Assembly: GCA_963781885.1 (NCBI GenBank)
Contig: CAWAHW010000002.1
Coordinates: forward strand, 256,001-320,000
Source: an uncultured Spirochaetota bacterium
GTDB taxonomy: Bacteria > Spirochaetota > Spirochaetia > SZUA-6 > Fen-1364
DNA length: 64,000 bases
Direction: 5' to 3'
Positions 30,059 to 40,016 of the stretch are shown piece after piece; positions within the stretch are counted from its first letter, which is position 1; each line of letters starts with the position of its first letter. The notes beneath the pieces are model-generated. The model ran no database searches and was not told the origin of the DNA. It worked only from the letters and a program-made list of their open reading frames with translations. The position numbers and the translations under genes were made by a program.

Positions 30059-31831
30059 ATGCACGCCGCTAGCGTACCATCACAGGACGATGTTCTCCAG
30101 GCCGTTCGTCGGGCCGGTTTCCAGGCCCTCACACCCCTTCAGTCGAGATTGATCCCCCACTTTTTTAGGGGCAGGGATGTGGCCGTGGAGGTCACCCCGG
30201 GAGCCGGGAGCACGACGGGCATCGTCGTGCCGATGATGCTCGGGCTGCGCGGCGCTGGCCTCTCGCCGCACGCGGTGGTGCTCGCCCCGGGGATGGAGGA
30301 CGTGGCCAAAATCGGCCGCGTCTACGCGCGTTTCGCGCGCGTCGTGAAGGATGCCCCCGCCTTCGTGCCGCTCGGCGAGATCGAAGATGCCCGCCGCGAG
30401 CAGCGGCGGCTGGAGAAGGGGTCCACCGTGGTGGCCGGCACGCCGCTGCGCGTGATCGACCACGTCCGGCGCGGCGGTCTTGCGTTCGGGGACCTCGCCG
30501 TGTTCGTCATGGTCGAGCCCCCGAGCGAGGCGCGGGCGGATTTCATCAAGGACGTGCAGTTCATATTCGAAAAGTTCGGCCATCGGCCGCAGCTCATCCT
30601 CCTTTCCCGCTCTCCCTTGACGGATGACAACGAGCTGCTCGGGCTGCTGCACCATCCGGTGCTCCTTCCCCGCGAAGAGAAGAGCGTTGCGGCGCCCGCC
30701 CCGACGGTGGGGGAGCACCTGTGCTTCGCGCTTGACGCCACGCCCCGCGCGGACGCCCTTGCACGCATCATCCTCGGCCATCGGCTTTCGCCGGTGATCG
30801 TGTTTCATCTCCCGCGGACCGATGCCGCGCGGATCATGGCGACGCTGCGCGCGTATGGGCTGCGCGCCGCATCCGCCTCGTCATCATCGGCCGCCGCCGC
30901 CGCGGGGCGAATTTCCGCGGAGCTTCGCGGCGCCGTGCTCGCCCTTTCCCGGCGCTCGCTGGACGTGCTCCTCCTTCCCCTCGGCGCGGGCAACCTCGCC
31001 GCCGACTTCGGGGAGCTCCCTCCGGTTGCCGTCATCTACTACGAGCTTCCGGGCGCGGGCTTCCGCGGCGGCATCCCGAGTTTCGCAAAGAGGGGCCGGT
31101 CCCTGGCAATGGTCGAACAGGGGCGCGAAAGGGATTTCACACGGCTGCAGGAGGCAATCGGAGTGTCGTTCAACAAACAAGAGATCCCGGACGACGAGTC
31201 CCTTCTCATGGGTGCCATAGACAGGGTGGTGCAGCGCATGAAGGAGGAGGATCCCTCCGAGCTTGCCCACCTGCGGGCGCACATCCGCAGACAGGTTCCG
31301 CTCTTCCAGAGGTCGCTCTTCATGGCGGCGCTCCTGAAGGGGCAGCTTCCCTCCATTGCGCAGTCTGTCGGACGGAAGCAGCCCGTGCCGGCCCAAGCAC
31401 GCACCCCGGCTCATCTTCCGCCGACGTCGCTCGCACCGGCGGAAGCTCCCGTCGCCATCCCTCCCCGCGGACAGCGGGGCCGGTTCGGACGCAATATGCC
31501 GGACGCCGACGTGCGGCCCTCCCGCCCGCCGGAGGGTCCCCGGCAGCCGCGACCGGAGACGCGGAGGCCCGGCGATTTTGCCCAACTTTTCGTGAGCATC
31601 GGCCGCAACAGGCGCGTCTATGCGCGCGACCTCACGCAGCTTTTCACGGAGAAGCTGCAGCTCCTGGAGGGCGACATCGGCGGCGTGCGGGTCTTTGAGA
31701 AGTACTCCTTTGTCGACATCGTCCCCGGCCGGGCAGAAGACGCCATCTCGAAGCTGACGGGCACCGAGCTGAAGGGCCGCGCCATTACGGTCAACTACGC
31801 CAAAAAGAAGGAAGAGAAAGAGGAGAGGTGA
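30059..31831 (+). CDS. DEAD-box-like protein with degenerate motor motifs and a C-terminal DbpA RNA-binding domain
   Basis: Q motif GFQALTPLQ, GTPLRVIDH, and DbpA domain LFVSIGRNRR...YSFVDI; start position uncertain. Confidence 0.75.
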   Translation: MHAASVPSQDDVLQAVRRAGFQALTPLQSRLIPHFFRGRDVAVEVTPGAGSTTGIVVPMMLGLRGAGLSPHAVVLAPGMEDVAKIGRVYARFARVVKDAPAFVPLGEIEDARREQRRLEKGSTVVAGTPLRVIDHVRRGGLAFGDLAVFVMVEPPSEARADFIKDVQFIFEKFGHRPQLILLSRSPLTDDNELLGLLHHPVLLPREEKSVAAPAPTVGEHLCFALDATPRADALARIILGHRLSPVIVFHLPRTDAARIMATLRAYGLRAASASSSSAAAAAGRISAELRGAVLALSRRSLDVLLLPLGAGNLAADFGELPPVAVIYYELPGAGFRGGIPSFAKRGRSLAMVEQGRERDFTRLQEAIGVSFNKQEIPDDESLLMGAIDRVVQRMKEEDPSELAHLRAHIRRQVPLFQRSLFMAALLKGQLPSIAQSVGRKQPVPAQARTPAHLPPTSLAPAEAPVAIPPRGQRGRFGRNMPDADVRPSRPPEGPRQPRPETRRPGDFAQLFVSIGRNRRVYARDLTQLFTEKLQLLEGDIGGVRVFEKYSFVDIVPGRAEDAISKLTGTELKGRAITVNYAKKKEEKEER

Positions 31832-32454
31832 CCCTCCAGGACCTCCTCAACGGCTGCGCGCCAGAGGGCTGCTGCGAGATTGAAATCGGCTGCGGCAATG
31901 GGCATTTCCTCGTCTCCTACGCACCCGGCAGGCCCCAGACGCTGCTCGTCGGCATCGACATCAAGGCGAAGCGATGCCGCAAGGCGCAGGAAAAAGCGGA
32001 GAAGCGCGGTCTTGCGAATATCGCGATCGTGCATGCCGCCGCGGAGCGATTCATCCCCGACCTTCCCGCCGGCTCCGCGCGCGCCTTCCATATCTATTTC
32101 CCCGACCCCTGGCCGAAGAGCCGGCACCGCAAGCGGCGCTTCTTCACGATGGAGACACTCTCCCTCATGCACGGCAAGCTGTGCGACGGGGGCGAGCTGC
32201 ACTTCGGCACCGATTTCTTCGATTACTACCTGCAGGCGAAGGTGCTCGTGGCGCTCCACGGAGGCTTCCGCCTGGCAGACACCCAGGCGCCGCAGGACCT
32301 CCTCACGTCCCTCTATGGACAGAAGTTCACCGGCAGGGAGAAGCCCATCCACCTTTTCTCCGCGGTGCGGGTCCCCTCAGCGGATCAGCCGGGACAGGAG
32401 AAGGAAGACGAGCGGAAGATTGACCGCGATGTTTACGCCAATGAAGGCTCCTGA
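31828..32454 (+). CDS. trmB: tRNA (guanine-N7)-methyltransferase
   Basis: EIGCGNGHF, FPDPWPKSRHRKRR and GTDF motifs. Confidence 0.9.
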   Translation: MTLQDLLNGCAPEGCCEIEIGCGNGHFLVSYAPGRPQTLLVGIDIKAKRCRKAQEKAEKRGLANIAIVHAAAERFIPDLPAGSARAFHIYFPDPWPKSRHRKRRFFTMETLSLMHGKLCDGGELHFGTDFFDYYLQAKVLVALHGGFRLADTQAPQDLLTSLYGQKFTGREKPIHLFSAVRVPSADQPGQEKEDERKIDRDVYANEGS

Positions 32455-33609
32455 GACGAGCTCGTAGAGTCTCGCCGCCTGGTCGCTCGCGCGGGAGATC
32501 GCCTCAGGGTCGCCGGGAACGATCAGCGTGTCCGCCATGGGGTCTTCCGGTCGGCGCAGCAGAAGCTCGTTGCCCTCCACCGCGTAGCCGGCAAATACCA
32601 CCGCCTGACCCGACGCGCCACCGATGCGATTCCTCCACCAGCGCGGCAGCGTGATGTGCATCGCGTGCGTCTCCGTCGGGAGCCTGAGACGCGCTCCCCC
32701 ACCGGTGGCGAGCGTGCCCTCTGCCGCGTCCCACGTTCCCCGAATCATGAGGTACGGCTCCATGTCCGGCAGGAGCGTCCCACGCTCCGCCCGTTCCCGC
32801 TGCGCGGGAAAGTAGCGCAGGGGCAGACGGATGATGTCCCGCTGCACGCGGAGATTCCGCGCCTTTTTCCAGTATGCGCGATAGGCGAAATACAGCGGGA
32901 ATCCCGGCGGGAGGAACGGCGAGGCGGGAGCGAATGCGGCGGTGAGCGCCAGGACGGCAAGAAGCCGGTCGGGAAGCGCGAAAAGGGAAAAGGCGAAAAG
33001 CAGGAGCGAAAGGGAGCCCACAGCGACGGAGGGCAGGGTGAAGGTGTTGATGATCTCATTGCGCTGTCTTCCGCCGCTGATGGCGCGCCGCACGACGCTC
33101 TCTCGCGGGCAGTCGTGGATGACGACGAGGAGCCGGGATTTTCCCGCGTCGCGGAATACCCCGCGACCTTCCTCCGCGAAGAGCCTGCCCCCGACGAAGA
33201 CGGGCGTGCCTTCCGGCAGGGAGAATATCCTGCTCCAGGGCACGCTCCCGAGCGCGGCGCCTGCGCGGCCCGGGGTCGTTTCGGAATCGGCGTCGCTTCC
33301 CTCCGCCTCGGGGATGAGGGACACATGCACGTTGCGCAGGTCGGCCGCCACGGAGAAACGGCCGTTCGTGATCCAGATCCTGTCGTCGCCCTGGATGGCC
33401 TCCAGCGTCCCGAAGAAACGGTAGGAGCCCAGCGGGCCCGCGCGCTCCCGTCCGACGGCCGCGGGTGTCGCCGTCGGGTAGTGGGAGACCTCGTTCACCA
33501 TGCGGCGGAAACGCCTCCAGTGGCCGCGGGCGACGAATGCCCCGACGGCGGGGAGGCTTGCGTAGAAGACGAACGCGAGGGAGAGGATCACGAAGAGCTG
33601 CCACGTCAT
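32377..33609 (-). CDS. Hypothetical membrane protein
   Basis: 410 aa with N-terminal, central and C-terminal TM segments; GRQRNE motif. Confidence 0.65.
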   Translation of the reverse strand: MTWQLFVILSLAFVFYASLPAVGAFVARGHWRRFRRMVNEVSHYPTATPAAVGRERAGPLGSYRFFGTLEAIQGDDRIWITNGRFSVAADLRNVHVSLIPEAEGSDADSETTPGRAGAALGSVPWSRIFSLPEGTPVFVGGRLFAEEGRGVFRDAGKSRLLVVIHDCPRESVVRRAISGGRQRNEIINTFTLPSVAVGSLSLLLFAFSLFALPDRLLAVLALTAAFAPASPFLPPGFPLYFAYRAYWKKARNLRVQRDIIRLPLRYFPAQRERAERGTLLPDMEPYLMIRGTWDAAEGTLATGGGARLRLPTETHAMHITLPRWWRNRIGGASGQAVVFAGYAVEGNELLLRRPEDPMADTLIVPGDPEAISRASDQAARLYELVSGAFIGVNIAVNLPLVFLLLSRLIR

Positions 33610-33656
33610 ATCGCGTATTGAATAAGGCCGTGCAATCCTTTACTCTCAATCATATC

Positions 33657-34790
33657 ATGGTGGAAAGAGTTATCGTAGGGCCGTGGAAGACAAATTGTTA
33701 TATCTATTCCAGCACCAAGAAGGAATGCATCATCATCGATCCGGGCGGAAGCGAGGCTGAAATCGCCTCCCGCGTGGACGTGCTCAACATGGTGCCCATC
33801 GGCATCGCCCTCACGCACGGGCACGTCGACCATGTCGCGGCGCTGGGGAAGCTCCGCGACAGCTACGGCGCGCGCGGTTATCGGCTTCCCGTCGCCATTT
33901 GTCCCGCCGACAGGCGTTTCCTGGGCACCGGCGGCCGCGAGAATCACCGTGAAAGCCTCGAGGTGCTCGGCCTGGACGAGCAGAGCTTCTTCGGCATCGG
34001 CCCCGACGAGCTGCCGAAGGCGGACGTGCGCCTCAAGGAAGGCGACCGTGTCTTCGACATGGACCTCGTCGTGCTGGAGACGCCCGGGCATACGCCGGGG
34101 AGCGTCTGCTTCTACGCGGAGAAGGAAGGGATCCTGTTCTCCGGCGATACGCTGTTCTTCGATGGCGTCGGCCGCTCCGACCTGCCGGGGGGAAGCGACA
34201 AGAAGCTGAGGGAAAGCATCCTCAAAAAGATCGCCGTGCTGCCGCCGGAAACCCGTGTGTTCCCCGGTCACGGCCCGTTTACCACAGTGGAGCGGGAAAA
34301 GCGCGGCAACGCCTGGTTCCGCGAGGCGCTCGTGCCCCCGCGGCCGCCCGTCGCCACGGTGGGCCGTCCGGTCGTCCCGCAGATGCCCACCGTTGCCGCA
34401 GCCGACCTTCGCGCTCCGGCGGCACCGGCACCGCGGTCTCCGGTGGCGGCGCCGACGGTCGCCGCCTCCCGGAAAAGGGCACGGCCGAAGGTGCGCCCCG
34501 CGAAGCCGCGGAAAAGCGGCGCAGCGAAAAAGCCTGCGAATGCCGCATCGCGCAGCCCGCGCACGACCGCCCGCGTGAAGCGTCCTGCCGCCCACGTGAA
34601 GAGGGCGACGCGGCGTCCACCGGCGGTAAAAAGGCCGGTGGTGCGGAAAGCTGTCCGGGGAAAATCGTCCGTGAAGAAAGTCGCGGCCCGTGCTGCCACG
34701 CGGCGCGGCGCAAAATCGCCTGCGAAGAAAAAATCTCAGGCAACGAGATCGACGAAAGCTCCCGGCGGGGGAAGGAAAGCGGCGCGGTAG
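33657..34790 (+). CDS. MBL-fold metallo-hydrolase (glyoxalase II-like) with a long basic C-terminal tail
   Basis: THGHVDH, TPGHTPGS, SGDTLF and PGHG motifs; ~150-aa P/A/K/R-rich tail. Confidence 0.88.
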   Translation: MVERVIVGPWKTNCYIYSSTKKECIIIDPGGSEAEIASRVDVLNMVPIGIALTHGHVDHVAALGKLRDSYGARGYRLPVAICPADRRFLGTGGRENHRESLEVLGLDEQSFFGIGPDELPKADVRLKEGDRVFDMDLVVLETPGHTPGSVCFYAEKEGILFSGDTLFFDGVGRSDLPGGSDKKLRESILKKIAVLPPETRVFPGHGPFTTVEREKRGNAWFREALVPPRPPVATVGRPVVPQMPTVAAADLRAPAAPAPRSPVAAPTVAASRKRARPKVRPAKPRKSGAAKKPANAASRSPRTTARVKRPAAHVKRATRRPPAVKRPVVRKAVRGKSSVKKVAARAATRRGAKSPAKKKSQATRSTKAPGGGRKAAR

Positions 34791-35125
34791 CCCGCGGTCG
34801 GCCCGCCGGCGGACCGCAGCTCATTCGACAGTCCCGTGATCGTCGCATCGATGGAAGAAGGCGCGGGGTGCCCTGCCCCGGCCCGTGTCGCTCCCGTGGC
34901 GCGCGACATCTGGTCAATGAGGGTGTCGAGTATCTGAAGCTTGTACAGGGGAACGCCGTCCTGCAGCCGGGAGTCGGGCTGGACCTGGATGTGCGCGAAT
35001 TGCGCGTAGATCATCTGGGCGCGGCGCACGGGCACGATGATGCCGGGCGCGTCCGCCTGCGCGTAGCGCACGGCCGTGAGCGCCACCAATCCCACCTGAC
35101 CGCTGTTCGATACTCCCTGGATCAC
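34736..35125 (-). CDS. Hypothetical protein
   Basis: GTG start with GGAG RBS; YAQFAHI...LYKLQILDTLIDQ; coding bias. Confidence 0.55.
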   Translation of the reverse strand: MIQGVSNSGQVGLVALTAVRYAQADAPGIIVPVRRAQMIYAQFAHIQVQPDSRLQDGVPLYKLQILDTLIDQMSRATGATRAGAGHPAPSSIDATITGLSNELRSAGGPTAGYRAAFLPPPGAFVDLVA

Positions 35126-35193
35126 GCCGGTGCTCCCAATGAGAGTATCGGTGCGCCCGGGAGGGGTCATGAGATGCCGTGGCGGTCTGCCGA

Positions 35194-35550
35194 TTACCTG
35201 TTGCGGCGCTCTTCGGAGGATTTGCAGTCGATGCAGAGAAGGGCGTAGGGGATGGCTTCCAGCCTTTCGCGCGGAATCTTCTTCGAGCAGCGCGCGCACA
35301 GGCCGTACTTCTTGTTCTCGATGCGGGCGAGCGCCGATTCGATGAGCTGGAGACGCCGAAGCTCCTGGGTGCCCAACGCTTCCAGAGTCTTGCGGTCGAT
35401 GTCGTCAGCGGCGATGTCGGCGAGATCCTTGGGATCCATGTCTTCGATGATGGTGCGGAAATCCTCGCTCTCCGAGGCAAGATTCTTGAGGATCTCCTTT
35501 TTCAGCTCGACGAGCGAGCCTTTCATTTTTTTGAGAAATGCATCTTCCAT
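35194..35550 (-). CDS. dksA: DksA/TraR family C4 zinc-finger protein
   Basis: DLADIA coiled-coil tip; YGLCARC...RLEAIPYALLCIDC. Confidence 0.9.
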   Translation of the reverse strand: MEDAFLKKMKGSLVELKKEILKNLASESEDFRTIIEDMDPKDLADIAADDIDRKTLEALGTQELRRLQLIESALARIENKKYGLCARCSKKIPRERLEAIPYALLCIDCKSSEERRNR

Positions 35551-35712
35551 CACCGTTTCCTTTTAGGAAGGCAATCAATGCACAAAGCCGGCTGCTTGTC
35601 AATCCCAACCGTTTTTTCGCGCGCGCAGGCACCGGGCGTCGTCGGCGACATGTGTGGAAGGCGTTGCGTGCCCGCCGACGTGCGCAATGAACGGCGCGCG
35701 CGCCCTCTCCGA

Positions 35713-35741
35713 TTGACACCCATCCGCAAAGCAACTAAACT
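35713..35741 (+). promoter_or_regulatory. sigma70 promoter of infA
   Basis: TTGACA-N17-TAAACT. Confidence 0.7.
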
Positions 35742-35762
35742 TCCCTGAAAAAGGAGGGCTTG

Positions 35763-35981
35763 TTGGCAAAAGAAGAGGCCATCGAAGTCGATGGGAAGGT
35801 CAAGGAATCGCTTCCCAACACCATGTTCAGGGTCGAATTGGAGAACGGACACGTGATACTGGCCCATCTCTCGGGGAAGATGCGCAAGCACTACATCCGC
35901 ATCGTTCCCGGTGACAGGGTGAAAGTCGCTCTCTCGCCATACGATCTGACGCGCGGACGCATCATCTACCGCGAAAAATAG
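35763..35981 (+). CDS. infA: Translation initiation factor IF-1
   Basis: [10 protein letters not shown]...[14 protein letters not shown]...SGKMR...[10 protein letters not shown]; TTG start with AAGGAGG RBS. Confidence 0.97.
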   Translation: MAKEEAIEVDGKVKESLPNTMFRVELENGHVILAHLSGKMRKHYIRIVPGDRVKVALSPYDLTRGRIIYREK

Positions 35982-35984
35982 CAC

Positions 35985-37265
35985 TCAGGACCTGTAGTCA
36001 GCGTTCTCTCTCACGTAATCATAGGAGAGGTCCGAGCCCAGCACCTCCACGGTATCGGATGAGCCGTCGAGCGTGACCTCGATGTCGACCGTGCGGTCGT
36101 GCTGGGGCCAGGGTATCCTTTTCGTGTCGAATGCGCGGTCGCGGAGATACGCGGAGAGCCTTTCTTCCATCCTGGCATCGAGCCGGAATCTTCCGCCGGC
36201 AAAGATCTCTTCCCCTCCCATCCGGACCGCCACCGTCTCCGCGTGCAGCGGAAGGCCCGCATTGCCCACATAGTCTCCGATGGCGCTCACGATCCTGCCG
36301 ACGTTCGGATCGTTGCCGAAGACCGCCGTCTTCACCAGCGGCGAGTTGACGATCGCGCGCGCGATGCCCAGCGCCGTCCCCGCGTCCCGCGCCCGTCCCA
36401 CCCGCACGCGCATCGCGTGGCCGATGCCTTCGGCGTTGCGCACGATGTCGAAGGCCAGTCCCGCGAGGACCGCCAGGAGCGCCGCGCGGAACTCGCCGGG
36501 GTCGGCGGGTCCCTTTGTGCCCGAGGACAGGATGATGGCGGTGTCGCTCGTGCTCTGATCGCTGTCGACCGAGATTCGATTGAGCGTGCGCTCGACGCAC
36601 CAGGCGAGGTCCTCCCGCAGCCGCTGCCGCTCCACGGCGACGTCCGTGCAGAGGAAGCACAGCAGCGTCGCCATGTTGGGCTCGATCATGCCCGCGCCTT
36701 TCGCCGTGCCGACGATGCTGCCCGTCCCCACGGAAGCCGACCTCACCTTCGGGAATGCATCCGTGGTCATGATGGCGCGGGCCACCGGCAAGAGCGACCT
36801 GCCGCGGCATCCCGTGACGAGATCCGGGAGCGCCGCCTCCATCTCCGCCACGGGCAGCCCCCATCCGATGATGCCCGTGGAGGCCGCGAAGAAGTCCTCT
36901 CCCGTCGCGCCCAGGAGCCCGCCAAGGGTTGAAAGCAGGCGCGCGGCATCCCGCTCGCCGTCCGGCGCGCAGACATTCGAGATCCTGTTGTTCACCAGCA
37001 CGCCCCGCATGGAGGCGCGGCCCAGCCGCTGCCTGCCGATGAGCACCGGAGCGCCGGGAAACTTGTTGCGCGTGAAGACGGCGCCAAAATCGGCTGTCGG
37101 CGAGTCCAGGAGGATGAGGGAAAGATTCATCGGCAGGGGTTCTGCGATGGACCTTTCACGCGGGAAGAAGCTGAGGGACTTCGTCGAACAGCGGAAGCCG
37201 TCGGGAAGGGAGGCGCGGGTCTCCAGATGCCGCAGGTAGTCGTTTTCAGAGCTGAAGGATTCCAC
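35985..37265 (-). CDS. argJ: Ornithine acetyltransferase / N-acetylglutamate synthase
   Basis: STGIIG, AIMTTD, AKGAGMIEPNMATLL, DSDQSTSD and DPNVGR motifs. Confidence 0.95.
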   Translation of the reverse strand: MESFSSENDYLRHLETRASLPDGFRCSTKSLSFFPRERSIAEPLPMNLSLILLDSPTADFGAVFTRNKFPGAPVLIGRQRLGRASMRGVLVNNRISNVCAPDGERDAARLLSTLGGLLGATGEDFFAASTGIIGWGLPVAEMEAALPDLVTGCRGRSLLPVARAIMTTDAFPKVRSASVGTGSIVGTAKGAGMIEPNMATLLCFLCTDVAVERQRLREDLAWCVERTLNRISVDSDQSTSDTAIILSSGTKGPADPGEFRAALLAVLAGLAFDIVRNAEGIGHAMRVRVGRARDAGTALGIARAIVNSPLVKTAVFGNDPNVGRIVSAIGDYVGNAGLPLHAETVAVRMGGEEIFAGGRFRLDARMEERLSAYLRDRAFDTKRIPWPQHDRTVDIEVTLDGSSDTVEVLGSDLSYDYVRENADYRS

Positions 37266-37323
37266 CCGTCCCTTATATCTGCGCGCGGGGGCCGTTGCAA
37301 GACGGTCCGGGCGGGACGCCGGC

Positions 37324-38379
37324 CTATTTCTTCAGCACCAGGGTGAGAAGCAGCGGCACGTGGTCGGAATAGCCGCGCGGGCCGGCAAGACCGGTCCACT
37401 TTTTCGGGATGCCGTCCGGCGTGAGGAGGAATGAAAGCCTGACGGAAGCGAAGCTTCCCCGCTTGTACGCGAAGCCCTGAACGTCGAAAAGCCCGGGGGA
37501 GAGGAGCATGTGGTCGTAGGTGAGCCAGTCTTTCTGGTAGAAGTAGGAGCCGCGCCGCGCCGCATCCAGCTCGAACCAGGGATCATAGAGCGCGCACATG
37601 TCCCCGGCGATGCCCAGCCGATGAATGTCTCCCGAGATGACGATGCTCTGCGCGTCTGGCGGACTTGCCGTGCTCTCTGCATCCTCCACGAGGGCGGTCG
37701 CGTACTTTTTTCCCACGCGCGCGTCCTCGTCCAGGCTCTCGTTGAAGTCGCCCGCGGCAACGATGTCGGCGCCCGGGTCCTCCGCGAGCAGATCACGGAC
37801 GCGACCCGCGAGCACCGAGGCAGCCTGCCGTCGCGATTGCTCCGTTGCGCGCGCGCCCTCCGTCCGCGCCTTCCAGTGATCGTCCAGGACGTGCAGGATG
37901 TGGCCGTCCTTCCGGATTTCCGCCTCCAGGATGTCGCGGACCGGCGTGGCGTCCTTCCACGGCGGCACGGCCCAGGAGTGGACCGCGACGATCGGGATGC
38001 GGCTCACGATGGCGACGTTTGCGGACAATCCCTTCTTGGGCACGAAAGCGGTCCACGCGTACCCCATGCCGCCGAGCCCCCTGGTCACAAGGGCGTGCAG
38101 CGCGTTCTCATTCTCCACTTCCTGCAGGACGAGCACGTCCGGACCGCCTGCCGCGCTCTTCCGCACGACCTCCGCGATGGAATCAACGCGGATGTTGAAA
38201 AACTCCGTGTTCCACTTTCCCTTTGCAGGATCGAACTCCGGATACTCACCGCCGTCGTGCACGTCGTCGAAGAAGTTCTCCACGTTGTAGCTCATGATCG
38301 TGAGGTCCGCGGCGCCCGATGCGGCGGCGGGGACGAGCAGGGCAAGACAGAGCACCAGGGATGCAGGACAGATTTTCAA
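37324..38379 (-). CDS. Secreted endonuclease/exonuclease/phosphatase family protein
   Basis: Signal peptide; SYNVEN, LQEVEN, GDFNE and YSDHVP motifs. Confidence 0.88.
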   Translation of the reverse strand: MKICPASLVLCLALLVPAAASGAADLTIMSYNVENFFDDVHDGGEYPEFDPAKGKWNTEFFNIRVDSIAEVVRKSAAGGPDVLVLQEVENENALHALVTRGLGGMGYAWTAFVPKKGLSANVAIVSRIPIVAVHSWAVPPWKDATPVRDILEAEIRKDGHILHVLDDHWKARTEGARATEQSRRQAASVLAGRVRDLLAEDPGADIVAAGDFNESLDEDARVGKKYATALVEDAESTASPPDAQSIVISGDIHRLGIAGDMCALYDPWFELDAARRGSYFYQKDWLTYDHMLLSPGLFDVQGFAYKRGSFASVRLSFLLTPDGIPKKWTGLAGPRGYSDHVPLLLTLVLKK

Positions 38380-38409
38380 TGCCGGGCCTCCTTGCGGCCG
38401 CGAGCTTTT

Positions 38410-39358
38410 TCAGGAAAGGAGCAGCCGTGTGACGAGCGCCGATTCCTCTGCCGCGCCGCGGGCGCGTGGCACAAATGTCTTCCCGGTGATGGTCTCCCAC
38501 GCCGCGAGGTACTTGCCGGCCACCTCCACGCGCAGGTCATCCGGCAGGGCGGGCGGCGTCCCCTCTCCCTGCCAGCCGCGGCTCATGAGCCACCGCCGCA
38601 GGTATTCCTTGTCCAGCTCCCGCTGCGGCTCCCCTTGCGCGAAGAGCGAAGGGAATGTCTCCGCGTACCAGTAGCGGCTGGAATCCGGCGTGTGAAGCTC
38701 GTCCACGAGGGTCAGCCTGCCGTCCAGAATCCCGAATTCGTATTTCGTATCCACGAGGATAAGGCCATTGGCCGCGGCAAGCTCCGTCCCCCTCTGAAAA
38801 AGCGCCAACGCGCGTTCTTCTATCTCCTCCCACACGGCCTTTTCCACCCTCCCGCTTGCGATCAGCTCTTCCCGGGACACGGGACGATCGTGGGAGCCTT
38901 TCTCTTCCTTCGTGGAGGGCGTGAGGAGGGGACGGTCAAAGCGCTGGTTGAAACGCATGCCGGAAGGCAAACGAATGCCGGAGACGGCTGATCCTTTCTG
39001 GTAGTCGCGCCAGGCGGAGCCGGTGAGATATCCCCGCACGACGACTTCCACGGGCAGAACGCGGCATTTCGCCACGCGCACCGTGCGGGGCGACACCTCC
39101 TCCCGCACGTGGTGGGCAATGATGTCCTCCGTGGCGTGGAACCAGAACAGCGAGAGGGTGTTGAGCACCTCTCCTTTGCAGGGAATCGTCGTGAGAACCC
39201 GGTCAAAAGCCGAGATGCGGTCCGTCGTGGTGATGAGCATCTCACTGCCCCTGTCCACGATGTCGCGCACCTTTCCGCGCGTGACGTGAACGCCGGGCAG
39301 GGACGTTTACCTCTTGCAGGCAGGAGCCGAGCAGCGCCGCAAGCTCCGCGGACGTCAC
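38410..39358 (-). CDS. purC: SAICAR synthetase, with a +1 frameshift near 39306-39308
   Basis: GKVRD, TDRISAFD, VDTKYEFG and DELHTPDSSR motifs; GTG at 39358 overlaps the clpP stop and joins the main frame if one A is removed from GTAAACG. Confidence 0.9.
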
Positions 39359-39954
39359 GGCGTCAGTTCGTCCCGGGTCTTGATGACGCGCGCGAGCAGG
39401 CCGTAGGCAACCGCCTCCTCCGCGTTCATCCAGTAGTCGCGGTCCGTGTCCTTTTCCACTTTCTCCAGGGGCTGTCCCGTCTCATCCGCAATCAGCCGGT
39501 TGATCTTCGCCCGCAGCTTCTCGATCTCTTTCGCGTGGATCTCGATCTCCGTGGCAACGCCCCGGGTTCCGCTCATGGGCTGGTGGATGAGGTAGTGCGA
39601 GTTGGGAAGGCCGATGCGCCTCTCCCGGGGGGCGGCAAGGATGATGATTGCCGCCGCGCTCGCGACGAGACCCATGCCGATCATCGTGATCTTCGGCTTC
39701 ACGAAGCGCATCATGTCGAAGATGGCGTATCCCGCGTCCGCGTCGCCGCCGGGAGAGTCGATGTACACCCTGATGGGATCCGCCGACTCCTCCTCCAGAA
39801 GTATGAGCGAACGGATCACCCTTTCGGCGAGCGGCTTGTTGATCTCCCCCGACACGAGAACGGTCCGGGACTTGAGCATCCGGCTGAAGAGCATGCTGTC
39901 GTCAGGCCGCGGTCCACCGCCCTCTGGCTCATTAGGCTTGTCCTGCAGTTTCAT
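39355..39954 (-). CDS. clpP: ATP-dependent Clp protease proteolytic subunit
   Basis: YIDSPGG, GLVASAA (Ser), IHQP (His), DTDRDYWMNAEEAVAYGL. Confidence 0.95.
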   Translation of the reverse strand: MKLQDKPNEPEGGGPRPDDSMLFSRMLKSRTVLVSGEINKPLAERVIRSLILLEEESADPIRVYIDSPGGDADAGYAIFDMMRFVKPKITMIGMGLVASAAAIIILAAPRERRIGLPNSHYLIHQPMSGTRGVATEIEIHAKEIEKLRAKINRLIADETGQPLEKVEKDTDRDYWMNAEEAVAYGLLARVIKTRDELTP

Positions 39955-39964
39955 ACTGAGAACA

Positions 39965-39993
39965 ACAATAAGGAAAAACCCCGCGCATGACAA
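39965..39993 (-). promoter_or_regulatory. clpP promoter (near-leaderless)
   Basis: TTGTCA-N17-TATTGT, 10 nt before ATG, with no SD. Confidence 0.6.
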
Positions 39994-40016
39994 TCGCGCC
40001 GCCGCAGCCACTGCTG

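Noticed and set aside
32377-32454. 78-bp convergent overlap of trmB and the membrane gene as a functional antisense system
   Set aside because: Short 3' overlaps are frequent in this window and expected where stop codons are scarce in GC-rich DNA.
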